From IMG/VR virus record IMGVR_UViG_3300021255_002539, positions 256,001-320,000 of that record: DNA of 64,000 bases; one strand, 5' to 3'. Origin of the DNA: a virus. Lineage: Duplodnaviria; Caudoviricetes. The notes beneath the pieces are model-generated. The model was not told the DNA's origin and ran no database searches. It saw nothing but the letters and a program-made list of their open reading frames with translations. Of the stretch, positions 1 through 10,506 are shown one piece after another. Both the position numbers and the translations under genes were made by a program. The first letter of the stretch is position 1. Every line of letters starts with the position of its first letter.

Positions 1-509
1 TAGTTCTCGTTCTATGACTTGTACAATGCCTCCTGACACAACTTGAAGGAATCGTACTCCCACGAATTGTGGACATGCCCATAGAACATCGGGTTGCCCT
101 TGTACCGTCCATTCCAAGTATAGAAGGGATAATGGGTCAAAACCAACCGAACTCCATCACCAATGTTCTGTTCCTTGTAGTTCTTGATCTCCACGAACTG
201 GTCCCGAAATGCGTTGTCGTGCAGGAACTGGTAGTCGTGGTTGCCCAATATTAAGTGCTTCTGACCCTTCAAGTTCTTCAACAACCCAATAGTCGTCTTT
301 GTGTCGTAGCAGGAGATGTCGCCCAGGATGAACACATGGTCGTCGTCCTTCACCACGGCATTCCAATTCTTGCTCAATCTGTTGTCGTAGTCCCTGGGAC
401 CATTCAGCTTGTAGTGGGAGAAGGTCATCTGGTACTGTGTCCGACGAATTGGGTTGGTGTCAGTCTAGTAGCCAAAGTGGATGTCCGATATGTAGAAGCA
501 GTTTGTCAC
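1..509 (-). CDS. Calcineurin-like metallophosphoesterase (3' end runs off window; TAG read-through)
   Basis: GTG 509 gives MTNCFYISDIHFGY*TD; the DxHxG motif lies upstream of TAG 465-467, followed in frame by LGD, GNHD and GHVH motifs; second TAG at 12-14. Confidence 0.85.
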
Positions 510-1141
510 AGTTGCGTTTCCTTTCTTCCTTGTATTGTATTTACATTCTTGGCGTTTTTCTCGAACACAACCTCGAACCATGGGTTTTCGTACAGGGACT
601 TCGCCAGATAGCACTTCCGCTTCACCAACCCCAGGAACTTCTTCACCTCAAATGTCTGTATGTCCGCAATTGGGTAGCAATTCGCCACCAACTCGAAGCA
701 ATAGAGCTTGCCCTGGTCGGACTTGTAGTCGAAGTCATAGGGTACGCCAATCTACTCCATCACGTGCGACAATGCGGTGGTCTGACCTCCATTTGGGTGC
801 AGAACCATTATGCGGTCCGCCTGGCAAAAGTCCAATATGTGGGTTTCCTGAACATATGGTGCGACGGCATGGACAACCAGGTTGTTTCCAATGTAGAGCC
901 CAGCATGGGAATACCCCCTGTTGTCTGGGATGAACTTGCCATCCAGGTACTTGTCGTAGCCCCGCAGGAGAATGTCCCCAGGTCTGACGAGGTTCATTAT
1001 CCTCTCCAAGTCGTATCCAGTCACATAGTAGGGTTCAGGATCATATGCCAATATGGGGAAGAAGCTGAAGGACAGAACCTTGATCTTCCCAAACTATGTC
1101 AGGAACTATGACCAAATCTTGTATAGAAACTGCTTTACCAT
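506..1141 (-). CDS. Permuted NlpC/P60 (YiiX/YaeF-like) papain-fold protein, 211 aa with 3 TAG
   Basis: RPGDILL, YSHAGLYIG, *IGVPYDF and LYCFELV lie in one frame joining ORFs 752-1051 and 506-691. Confidence 0.8.
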
Positions 1142-1180
1142 GATGATACTATTTACCATTTCTGTGGCAAATAGGCATCA

Positions 1181-1396
1181 TCAGTTGCTGCCCTTGTCTA
1201 CGATGTAGTAGCAAATGTAGATCAACCCCAGAAGGAAAAGAACCACGACAACAGGAATCCAGAGAGGCGCTGTCACCCACCACCAGGACCAGTCAATTAC
1301 ATGCGCGAGCTTCAATCCCAGGAACAGAAGGAACAGCGCCTGCATGAAGCCAATTCCAATTCCCCCAACCTTGTTTCCATTGTCGTCGTTTTTCAT
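1181..1396 (-). CDS. Small two-TM membrane protein
   Basis: LKLAHVIDWSWWWVTAPLW motif typical of small phage membrane proteins; AGGAG SD. Confidence 0.75.
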   Translation of the reverse strand: MKNDDNGNKVGGIGIGFMQALFLLFLGLKLAHVIDWSWWWVTAPLWIPVVVVLFLLGLIYICYYIVDKGSN

Positions 1397-1420
1397 GGTT
1401 TTACATATCTCCTTGTTTTT

Positions 1421-1810
1421 TCAATACACCAGCATAGGCAAAACTTCTTCGGTTGAGATTGTCCCATCCCAATATGCCTTTAGCGCATCCTTGTTGCGAA
1501 TGACGAAATTGACGAAGTACTCAATTTCCCTCGGAGTGAGTACATCACCAGTGTCGCCAACGATCTGTGGGGTATCGGAAATCGTCATGCTGAATGTTTC
1601 CCCACTTTGGAACGAATCTCCCTTGTTTTTCTGTATCTTGATCCTTGGACCGTGTTTTGCGTTCTTTGCAGAAATCCAAATGTTGGCTGGAAGCTCCTTG
1701 TGCAGACGCTTGGCGATGTTTGCCATTTCCCAAAAAAGCTCCTTGTCGGTATCGTTGTCGATATCAACATCCAATGGAATCCATTTCCCCTTGTTGCCAT
1801 CAATCGTCAT
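1421..1810 (-). CDS. Hypothetical protein, EMAN..LP.NIW family (paralog of 21202-21648)
   Basis: EMANIAK..LPANIWI..HGPRIK; TATAAT promoter upstream. Confidence 0.65.
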   Translation of the reverse strand: MTIDGNKGKWIPLDVDIDNDTDKELFWEMANIAKRLHKELPANIWISAKNAKHGPRIKIQKNKGDSFQSGETFSMTISDTPQIVGDTGDVLTPREIEYFVNFVIRNKDALKAYWDGTISTEEVLPMLVY

Positions 1811-1896
1811 GGTGATGTGCCCTTTTTCAACTTCAACTATATTATACCATATTTGGGGGTTACTGTAAAGGGGGTTGGTGTATATTGAAAAGGTTG

Positions 1897-1925
1897 GGAC
1901 TGTAAAGCCCCAACCGGAGGTAAAA
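1897..1925 (-). terminator. Rho-independent terminator (coordinates approximate)
   Basis: GGTTGGGG-ctttacag-TCCCAACC-TTTT on minus strand after the GT2 gene. Confidence 0.5.
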
Positions 1926-1986
1926 CAACTATGGAATTACACGTCGTTGTTTTGGAAATCGTATATATCAAAGTCCCTTGATGTTA

Positions 1987-2964
1987 TCAAAGACCCTTGA
2001 TATACTCAATCCACTGCTCGAATGTCTGCTTCTCCATCTCCATGCCAGCACCAATCTTGCCAGCACGGACCTGGTTCGAGACCACCAACTTCATGGCGTT
2101 GTCGAGCTTGTCGAACCTTTCGTGGAAGGTGTTGTAGAACTCGCGGAACCGCTTCTCGGTGTTGATTCGATACTCCTGGTTGTCCTGCTTGAGCCAGGCT
2201 TCCGTGTTCATGAGGTAGTAGGTGTCGAACATCTGGGTGCAAATGAGCATGTTGGCGTTCTGCTCCCTGCCCCGTTCAAGCAACTGCCCCACCAACGCCG
2301 TCACCGAGTCGATGTAGTTGTTGTAGGTCTTCTGCATGTAGAGGGGGTCGTGACGGCAAACAGATTCGTCGCGCCACTTCCAGAGGTAGATTGGAACATC
2401 ACTGTACTTGATGGTGTTTGGATCGTCGGCCAATGTAGTCGCCATGAAGTTGAAGTAGGAATCCTCGTGGACAGTGAGCTTGTCGTTGAACCTGATGTTC
2501 TTGTCAATCAAGTACTGGCGTTTGTGGAACTTGCCATGAACAAATGTCCTGTCTTGCTTGTGCTCTGTGAACCAGACCTTGCCATCCCTGTGAACTTCCT
2601 CGTAGAACTTCGTGGTGAGGGAGTTGAAGCCCTTGTCCATCTCGGCGAAGATGATGTTCAACCCCACCATGGAGAAGAACATGTCGTCGGCGTCGCAGAA
2701 CATCACATAGTCTGCTGTGGCGTGGTCAAGACAAGCATTCCGAGTGGCGGAGACACCCCGATGCTCCTCCATGTAGTAGTCGATCTTGAAGGGGTACGCC
2801 TTGAAGAACTTCTCGGGTATCTTGGTCTTTGGGTAGCCGTCGTTCACGATGACCACGCCAACTTCCTTGAAGTTAATTCCCTGCTGAAGCGCGATTGAAT
2901 CGAGAAGGGGCTTCAGCACCTCCTTCTTCTCCTTGTATTGTGGAACCAGAATCTGCAGTTTCAT
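1987..2964 (-). CDS. Glycosyltransferase family 2
   Basis: ILVPQY, IVNDG, GVSATRN, YVMFCDADD, HEDSYF motifs. Confidence 0.9.
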   Translation of the reverse strand: MKLQILVPQYKEKKEVLKPLLDSIALQQGINFKEVGVVIVNDGYPKTKIPEKFFKAYPFKIDYYMEEHRGVSATRNACLDHATADYVMFCDADDMFFSMVGLNIIFAEMDKGFNSLTTKFYEEVHRDGKVWFTEHKQDRTFVHGKFHKRQYLIDKNIRFNDKLTVHEDSYFNFMATTLADDPNTIKYSDVPIYLWKWRDESVCRHDPLYMQKTYNNYIDSVTALVGQLLERGREQNANMLICTQMFDTYYLMNTEAWLKQDNQEYRINTEKRFREFYNTFHERFDKLDNAMKLVVSNQVRAGKIGAGMEMEKQTFEQWIEYIKGL

Positions 2965-3071
2965 GTTGTTTGTCCGTCCTGTTTTGATATTTGATGTATA
3001 TCCTTCTTCAATTATACGAAACCGCCCCACCCAAATTCAGGATGAGGCGATTCTCGCTTGTTGTGCATCAA

Positions 3072-4616
3072 TCAACTGATTGCTGAGCCATTTGCATCCA
3101 ACCAAACCAAGGCTGCGTCAATTGCATTTCTGACAGCCTTTTCTGTTGGAAGTGCCGTGTCTGCACCAGTAGCACCAATTGCCGTCACAACTGTCTTGTC
3201 GGCCACGGATGTTGTTCCCAGTGTCGCGTTGAGACTTGCCTTTGTTATTGTGGTCGTGAGAGAGGTCAGCTTTCCATCAGATTGGACAACCTTTACATTT
3301 ACGCCAGAAGATCCATTGCTCACTGTGGAATCAAGTGCACCAATCTTGCCAGTAACATAGTCTGCCACGGCATTTGCAGTCACAACTTTCACTGCTGTGG
3401 TGGTAATGTCAGCAGATGTTGAAACAGGATTGACATATATGTCCATAATTGGACTAGAATTGGAGTAGAGTTCCACTATACCACTGATGCCATATGCACC
3501 AGAAGCATATCCAGTTCCTGTTTTCGCCTTGCTGCTATCCAACTCGCTGACGCTCGCATCCACATATGCCTTTGTCGCATATGTGTTTTGGTCGCCAATG
3601 AGTTCCCAGTCATAAGCTTTATCGTCAAATATCCACTCCTGTCCATTGACATATGAAGAACCCGAAGAAGCACTACCAATTATGATGATGTCACCACTTT
3701 GGGGATTTTCCAAATCATATGGAGATGAGTACACGCCCTGGAAGTGCATCACATTGCCGAACGCAGTTGCGTCTACGCTTACCACCTTGACAGAACCAGA
3801 CTGGGTCGTCACGCTCACTTTGATGCCATTGCTCGTACTTGTATGCGTTTCTGATGCAATTGCGGCAATTTGTTTGTCAGCCAATTGCTCCACCGTGCTT
3901 CCACCAACAGTGAGGTTCGTGGCTGACACATTCGTGACGCTGAAGTCTGCGGTGCTCGTGACTGTGAGGTTGGTGAATGTACCAGTCTGGGCACTCACAG
4001 TGGTTGGCGTGAGGTTCGCCGCAGTAAGGGACACCGCCGTGACCTGACCATTCTTGGTCGTTACGGATGCTGTTATGCCATTCGCGGTGCTTGACTTTGT
4101 TGATTCAGCTGCCGTATATGCTGGCGCAGTGACATCAACATTCGTAACAACACCACTGGTCGTTGTAACATCAACAGTGACTCCATTGCTCGTGCCATGC
4201 TCTGTGGACGAGTCAATGGATGGAATGGATGGGAATGCCTGGGCATATGCTTTGACATTGCCATTTGCGTCCTGCTCGATATGCGTGATGTAGGAACTTC
4301 CGTAGCCAGAAGCAAGGCCGCTAGTCATCAACGAAATCATCGCCTTTACCTGGACATCGTTCTCAATCTGCACCCACGCGCTGCCATTCCAGGCCTTTGT
4401 CCATCCAAATCCAACAGCAAGATCTCCAGAGATTTGCCCAGATATACTGGCTAGATCAGTGGAGGTAGATACTTGAAATACCTTGTTCGCACCAAACCTG
4501 GATGCTCCCTTGTAGAGTTCGCCACCATCGACGAAGTACACGCCACCAGCATCCTTGGTTCCTATCGCAGAATAGGAAGCGGCGGTAGTAGAATAAAACT
4601 TAACTTGTGTTGCCAT
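3072..4616 (-). CDS. Putative virion fibre/structural protein, Ser/Thr-rich (paralog of 4758-6470)
   Basis: Shares QVKFYS..GVYF..GGELYKG..RFG N-terminus, MHF.GV..GDIIIIG..GQEWI block and PTEKAVR motif; GTAAATA upstream. Confidence 0.65.
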   Translation of the reverse strand: MATQVKFYSTTAASYSAIGTKDAGGVYFVDGGELYKGASRFGANKVFQVSTSTDLASISGQISGDLAVGFGWTKAWNGSAWVQIENDVQVKAMISLMTSGLASGYGSSYITHIEQDANGNVKAYAQAFPSIPSIDSSTEHGTSNGVTVDVTTTSGVVTNVDVTAPAYTAAESTKSSTANGITASVTTKNGQVTAVSLTAANLTPTTVSAQTGTFTNLTVTSTADFSVTNVSATNLTVGGSTVEQLADKQIAAIASETHTSTSNGIKVSVTTQSGSVKVVSVDATAFGNVMHFQGVYSSPYDLENPQSGDIIIIGSASSGSSYVNGQEWIFDDKAYDWELIGDQNTYATKAYVDASVSELDSSKAKTGTGYASGAYGISGIVELYSNSSPIMDIYVNPVSTSADITTTAVKVVTANAVADYVTGKIGALDSTVSNGSSGVNVKVVQSDGKLTSLTTTITKASLNATLGTTSVADKTVVTAIGATGADTALPTEKAVRNAIDAALVWLDANGSAIS

Positions 4617-4696
4617 GTCGTTCTTTACCTCATATTTGCGTGATTTGCTTCAATATCACTGTGTCTATTTACAATTCTGAGGGCAAAAAGAACTAA

Positions 4697-4725
4697 ACCT
4701 CCCCTTTGGGTAAAAGGGGAGGTTC
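4697..4725 (-). terminator. Hairpin terminator
   Basis: AACCTCCCCTTT/AAAGGGGAGGTT inverted repeat with T-rich tail on minus strand. Confidence 0.65.
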
Positions 4726-4757
4726 GAGTTGTGTGTCTAATCATCAATCAAGATAGA

Positions 4758-6470
4758 TTAGGGTTGTTGTTCTGGTTCTGGGTCGGTAATCCACTCGAAT
4801 GTCACTGCACATGAAGTGAGTACGCCATTGGTTTGAGTGACCGTGACACCCACATTGCCCGCTGTGCTCGACACTGTTGCGCTAAGACCACTAATCAAGT
4901 CAGTCACGAAGGTGTGGACTGCGGATTCCGTAGGAAGATCCGTGCCAGTAGACGACAACTAATCAACATAGCCCTTGGATGCAGCAGCTCCAAGGTTGAG
5001 GGCCGTGCCGAGTTCAGTTGGATTAACCGTGAGTTCCACAGACGGAACCATTGTGGTAGAGTTAATAGTAACTTCCACACTAACGCCATTGTCTTCAGAA
5101 GTTCCAGTTCCACCCTCATAGGCGTCAATCGCGCCAGCAACAGCATGCATTGCAGCATCAAGAGTCGTGGCCGCGGAGGTGACGGTCTCTTCACCATGTG
5201 AATAGGACAACTGGGTTGAGACATAGGAAGCAACAGCACTGCAAGTTGGGAGTGTTGCTGCATTCGCAGTCACAGCATCAGCAGCGTCCTTTGCCGCAGC
5301 CGTGCCAACGCCCGTGAGCGTCACTGAAGGAGCGGCTGTCGCTGCAGCAGTCACAACTTGAACCGTGACACCACTGAGAGTGCTTGTGCTTGTTCCACCA
5401 GTTACTGCGGACTGATCGCCAATCTTCTCCCACTTGAAGTCTCCAGATGCCTTATCGTTGTATATCCATTCCTGTCCATCGACATATTCAGAACCCTGAG
5501 CAGCACCACCAATTATGATGATGTCGCCGCCTTGGGGAGTTGGGCAATCAGCTGGAGACGCGAATACACCCCTGAAGTGCATTGCGTTGTCGAATGCATT
5601 CAAGGCATCACGGACAGCCTTTTCAGTTGCGATCTTGCCATGGGATGCGGTGTCTTTGTCTCCAAGAACTTCTGTAACAGTCTTGCCAGCGAAGGTTGCG
5701 AGGTTGCCAGTTACAGCAACGCCAACTTCGCTCACGCCACCACCAAGGGTGCTTACCGTGACCGCAACACCAGAGTTGCTTCCGGTTGCGCTTGAAGCAG
5801 CAACATTGTTCACAGAAACATTGTTAATCTTTAGGGATCCAGCATCAACCTCAGTTGCTGTGAATGTGGCCGTGCTAGTGACATTCAAGTCCGTGAAGTT
5901 ACCGGTTGTTGCCGTTACCGTGCTGTTGGAGACATCAACGATGCCCTCGATTCCCGTGACGCGATCCGAGACACCTGTGATTTTCGCGGTGTTAAAAACA
6001 ACGCTTGCAACCAAAGCATCCCAGCCATTGACCTTTGCCGCATCGTCACCCAACTTCACCTCACCAGCATTGTCGCCAGATTCAAGTGCTGGGAATGCAA
6101 CAGCGTTTGCCGTCACATTGCCATTCGAGTCCTGCGAAATGCCAGTGATGTAGCTGCCATTGCCACCAGCAACAAGACCACTGGTCATGCTGCTTACGAT
6201 AGCGCGAATGTCAGCAACATCGCCACCCAGCTTTTGCCATGCGGATCCATCGAAGACCTTTGCGCCCTCGAATCCGACATTGATGTCACCACGGGCGGCG
6301 CTTGTAAGTGCGGATAGCTCAGCTGCTGTGGACGCCTTAGTGACGCGACCCAATCCAAAGCGCTGTGAACCCTTGTAGAGTTCGCCACCCTGAATGAAAT
6401 AGACGCCATTCTCGTCCAGCTTATCACCTGTTGGTAGGCTTGCCTTGGAGTAGAATTTAACTTGTGCCAT
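4758..6470 (-). CDS. Putative virion fibre/structural protein, 570 aa (1 TAG at 4959)
   Basis: GYVD*LSSTGTDLPTESAV is in frame; the LPTE.AV repeat continues past the TAG; ends at TAA. Confidence 0.7.
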
Positions 6471-6579
6471 ATTGTTTTTACCTCTTTGTTTTTGTTTTTA
6501 AGTTTTTGATCACTTCACCCGAAGCAATCCAATTTCAACTTAAATCGTCCTTTGATCTGCTTATGTATACCTCCTTTCC

Positions 6580-7032
6580 TTAGTCAGCGTCCCATTCTGG
6601 GGAGTCCTCGTCTCCAATCTCGAACCACTTCGCCAAGCCATTTGGCACTGGTTGCCCATTCTCGTCCACATCCACTCGGTACAGGAACTCCTTCTTCGTG
6701 TGAGCCAACGCCACGATGTCGTTCAGCTTTGGCGTGACCTCACCACCCCCTATTATGAGGACAGTGCCCTTTTGCGACATTTGCTCGTTCGGGTCAGTCT
6801 CTGTCTGGCCTATGTACCTCACAATCGAAGGATCAGACCAACCTTTCGTATAACATGTGCGCCGCCAATGGAAATCCACATAGATGTTCTACTCGTCCTC
6901 CACGAACATTATCTGTCCAGTGGAATATGGAGGAACGAAATCGTGCTCTGATTCCTTTGTCAGTGGAACGCCAGGATCGTTGAAACTGCCATCGTCCTTC
7001 CTCACTATCTTGAATGTGACTTTCGCACCCAT
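6580..7032 (-). CDS. Hypothetical late protein, 150 aa (1 TAG)
   Basis: MGAKVTFK..GQIMFVEDE*NIYVDFHW runs in frame into ORF 6580-6879. Confidence 0.7.
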
Positions 7033-7035
7033 TCG

Positions 7036-7455
7036 TCAACCCTCCTCCATCACTATGTCGTCGTTGTCGTTATTTCCTCTGGTTTCGTCTTCCCATTCCA
7101 TGCCTCCGCTTCCGCCACCACCTTCCTTGACGGCGTTGCGAATCTCGTATATCCACGGAATCGCCATGTTGATGTTGGGTTGGTTGAAGAAGCACTCCAA
7201 GTCCTTGAGGACTGGGTCTTCCTCACCCCTTTTCTTTTTCTTCTGTTGCTTTGACGAATCTGGTTTCACGACGTTTTTGTAGATTTCATAGAGCCACGGA
7301 AGCACCATGTTGATGTTTGGTTGGTTCAAGAAGCATTGGAGATCCTTGATCTTTGGATCGAATCCACCGGAACCCCTGTTCTGAACCTTCTTTCCCTTCT
7401 TGCTTGATGTTGTTCCCATGACACGCACACACATGTGGTTTGTTGTTCTTCTCAA
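7036..7455 (-). CDS. Hypothetical protein with internal duplication (start uncertain)
   Basis: KDL.CF.NQPNINM..PW.YEI occurs twice. Confidence 0.65.
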   Translation of the reverse strand: MRRTTNHMCVRVMGTTSSKKGKKVQNRGSGGFDPKIKDLQCFLNQPNINMVLPWLYEIYKNVVKPDSSKQQKKKKRGEEDPVLKDLECFFNQPNINMAIPWIYEIRNAVKEGGGGSGGMEWEDETRGNNDNDDIVMEEG

Positions 7456-7499
7456 GATATATTTACATTTTTTATGTTGAAAAGGTAAATACTTCTGTC

Positions 7500-7760
7500 A
7501 TGAGAAGAAGAAGGGAAACAATACAGAACATATCTTGCTTTGTAGCCGGGATGTCGGTTGCGATTATCCTGTAGTTCGCCATTCCACAGTTGTTTGCGCC
7601 ATCCAAACACAACAATCCACCAGAACCAGATGCTTTGAGCACAACCACCAATGTAGTGGATATCGTAGATATCGCATACACCAATAGACCAGCAAAACCA
7701 AATGCCGATTGGTTCAAGGACAATTCGACCTATATTTGGGAGAATTGGAAGTTGAGGTGA
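7500..7760 (+). CDS. Small single-TM protein, 86 aa (1 TAG), absent from the ORF track
   Basis: MRRRRETIQNISCFVAGMSVAIIL*FAIPQLF..WENWKLR-TGA; GTAAATA at 7485-7491. Confidence 0.55.
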
Positions 7761-10139
7761 TTAGTTTGATGAGATTACACCATCCTTTAGGTGTAGTCTA
7801 TAGCCAGATTCGATTCCCCATTTGGTGTCCATTGGAACCTGGGACATGTAGATGTTTGGCAGATACCAGTCGTGGTATACCCCAGCAAATGTGTTGTCGT
7901 TGAAGGCATTTGGATTGGATGTGGTTATTCTGTTTTCCTGCACATTCGTGTTGTAGAGCATATAGTCGCCAAAACTCCCATCTACGACTGTATCCAGGTT
8001 GTAGAGGTGTTCCAAACCAGTGCCCTAGAAGCAACCATTCTCAAACGAAACCGTCTATGGGGTGTTCGTCAAGCACACATTCGTCAAATTGCCACAATCG
8101 GCAAATGCATTTGTCTCCATCGTGATATTTGGCACTGACGACTTGTCGTTGTTGAAATACACCGCATATAGGTTGGAGCATGAAACAAATGCCATTTCCC
8201 CAATGTATTCCATGCTTGGACCAAATATGAGTTCTGGAATATTGGGGTTGTTTTCGAAAGCATATGATCCTATATGCTGACAATTACCCAGATAGTTCAC
8301 ATCAACATGTTGGCAACCATTGAACGCATAGTCTCCAATGTTCTGCGCACACATCAACTGGTCAGGCTTGTTGAATTCGATGTTTGTTCCAGCAAAGGCA
8401 TATGCACCAATTCCCGAACATGAATATAGCCCATCTACACTTGTCAAGGTTGATATGCCAGAGAAGCAATTGTCTGGAATCGAGAATTGGTATCCATCAG
8501 GCCCAGTTGAAGTCGCTATCGTGACATGTTCTAACATACTGCATCCCTGGAACATCGAAACCATAATGGACAGCCGGCTGGCCAATGTTGGTCCGACGTG
8601 AATGTAGGACACCGGGACATTATACATGTCCATTTGGTAGTCCACACCCACATTATCGACATAGAATAAGTTCAAGAATGGCAAGCTGTTGCATCCAACT
8701 ATGGTGTTCGTGGAAAACGACCTCTGAAACTCCAGGTTTACGATGTTGCTCAATCCACTGCAATCAGAGAATTGACCACTCTCCAGATACAACCTTCTGC
8801 TTCCAACCAGTGCCTCGACATCAGATACAGTGTAGACGGAACTATACGATGAAGGGCCAGGAAGTCCAATCCACCTTAGATTGGGATTGTCTGCAAATGC
8901 GTATGCCCCCATGTAGACGCAATTTCTGTCAACCCACAGACCCCTATCCGAATCTGGTCCCCCTTGTTCAGAGAAATTCCCACTCTCACCGAGGTGAGCA
9001 TACCGAAACGCCTCAGTGCCTATCTATGCAATGTTGGCCAGTTCCCCAGACTTTCCATACAAACCCCATCCAATCTTGGTCTCTCTGAATGCTGCACTTC
9101 CTATGATAGAGCAATCACGCAAACCAGTTGCCGACAGAGACACCTTTGGATCTGTCCCACCTGGGGAATAGTCGCCAGAAGTGTAGGAATACCCATCTAC
9201 ACTCGTCAAATTGTAACATCCATCGAACAACCCAGCGCAAATGCTGAAAGTCGTCGAGAAACTGTACATTATGTCAACCTGGTTGATGGTGGATTGCAGT
9301 CCATACAGAAAAAGGCATGTCTATGTTCCACTTTCATCGTATCCAGGTCCCCACAACTCCTCGTTCAATGTGACTTTGCTCAAACAACTTGATGGACCCA
9401 AGTCCCAGACTGTCGATCTAAAGTCGGCATACAGAAGTGTAGTGCAATTGTCCAACCTCAACTCCTGAATGGAACTGCAATAATCAACAGCATCTGGAGG
9501 AAACTGGGTCTGATACTCCAAGTTGAATATCCTCTACAAACTTTCACAATTTGTGAATTGTGAATGGTAATTGCCATATAATAATTGGTCAAATGTAACA
9601 CCATTTGGGCAAAGTGTTACCTCACTTATTCCTTGGCAATTATCGAACGCACTGATGCCCAGGAATCTGCAATCCCCCAAATCAACACTGGTCAAATTCC
9701 TGCAACTATGAAATGCTGCTGCCCCTATGGAAACCACATGGTTCAAGTTCACGACATTTGCCAGACTGGAGCAATTTCCGAAACATTCATCTGGTATGGT
9801 TATTCCACTGGCCAAGGAAATGTGTTGCAATGCTCCGCAAGAGTAAAAGGCCCGCTCGCCAATCATTGAGCAATTCCCAATGTCAACCGTTACATTATAA
9901 TCCCCCATTCCAATGTGTGTATAGGCAAATGCAGATGATCCAATTGCCACACAAGTGTCCAAGTTATCCACACTACTTAAATATGTCCACCCTGTGAATG
10001 CATAGTCGGGCAGGGTCACGCTTTGGGCGACAACAACCCTGTTTACATCCATGCAACTTACACTGGCATCAGACAATGCTTGGGAGATGTCGCCAAGTGA
10101 AGGCGTTGTTCCAAAACTAGTCAGGTTAAGTGTTACCAT
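7761..10139 (-). CDS. BspA-type leucine-rich-repeat protein, 792 aa (5 TAG)
   Basis: Repeated IG..AF..C..L..V units across five in-frame ORF fragments; TAG at 9534, 9321, 9024, 8055, 8025. Confidence 0.85.
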
Positions 10140-10206
10140 TCTACTGTACCTCTTGTTTTCAATTTCTAGAAGTATTTACAATTATTGGTTGAAGTGGCTT
10201 GAATGT

Positions 10207-10506
10207 TCATTCATCTTCTTGCAGGAGGTATAGTAGAAGTGTAATCAGATCGGAGTCAAGGATGTCATCCTCGTAGTCAGACGGTTCTCCAAGTTCTTGC
10301 ATCACCCTGGATTGTTCGTCAAGCTGGTCCAGGTCAACATCCGAGTCGTCTACCTATATGACCTCGTCGGGTGTGTACATCTGCGCCTCCAGTTGTTCGA
10401 TGCTGGGTTCGTAGATGGGGTAGATTTGACGATCTCCGAGGTAGACCGTCACTATGCGTCTTTCCCTAGCATATACTTGCGTGGTTTGTTCGTTCTCTTC
10501 AGCCAT
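10207..10506 (-). CDS. Acidic hypothetical protein, 99 aa (1 TAG)
   Basis: MAEENEQ..TVYLGDRQIYP..DEVI*VDD..QEDE-TGA; overlaps the stop of the upstream gene. Confidence 0.65.

Noticed and set aside
1978-2898. Long plus-strand ORFs (also 15431-16495, 27740-28882, 30562-31476, 42652-43638)
   Set aside because: Antisense shadows of well-supported minus-strand genes; no motifs or SD.
7140-7350. DGR template/variable repeat pair
   Set aside because: Differences are mostly synonymous and not adenine-specific; no reverse transcriptase in the window; ordinary intragenic duplication.
7472-7723. Minus-strand 83-aa ORF as a continuation of the LRR gene
   Set aside because: The LRR gene ends at TAA 7761 in another frame; the plus-strand gene with a promoter motif explains the region better.
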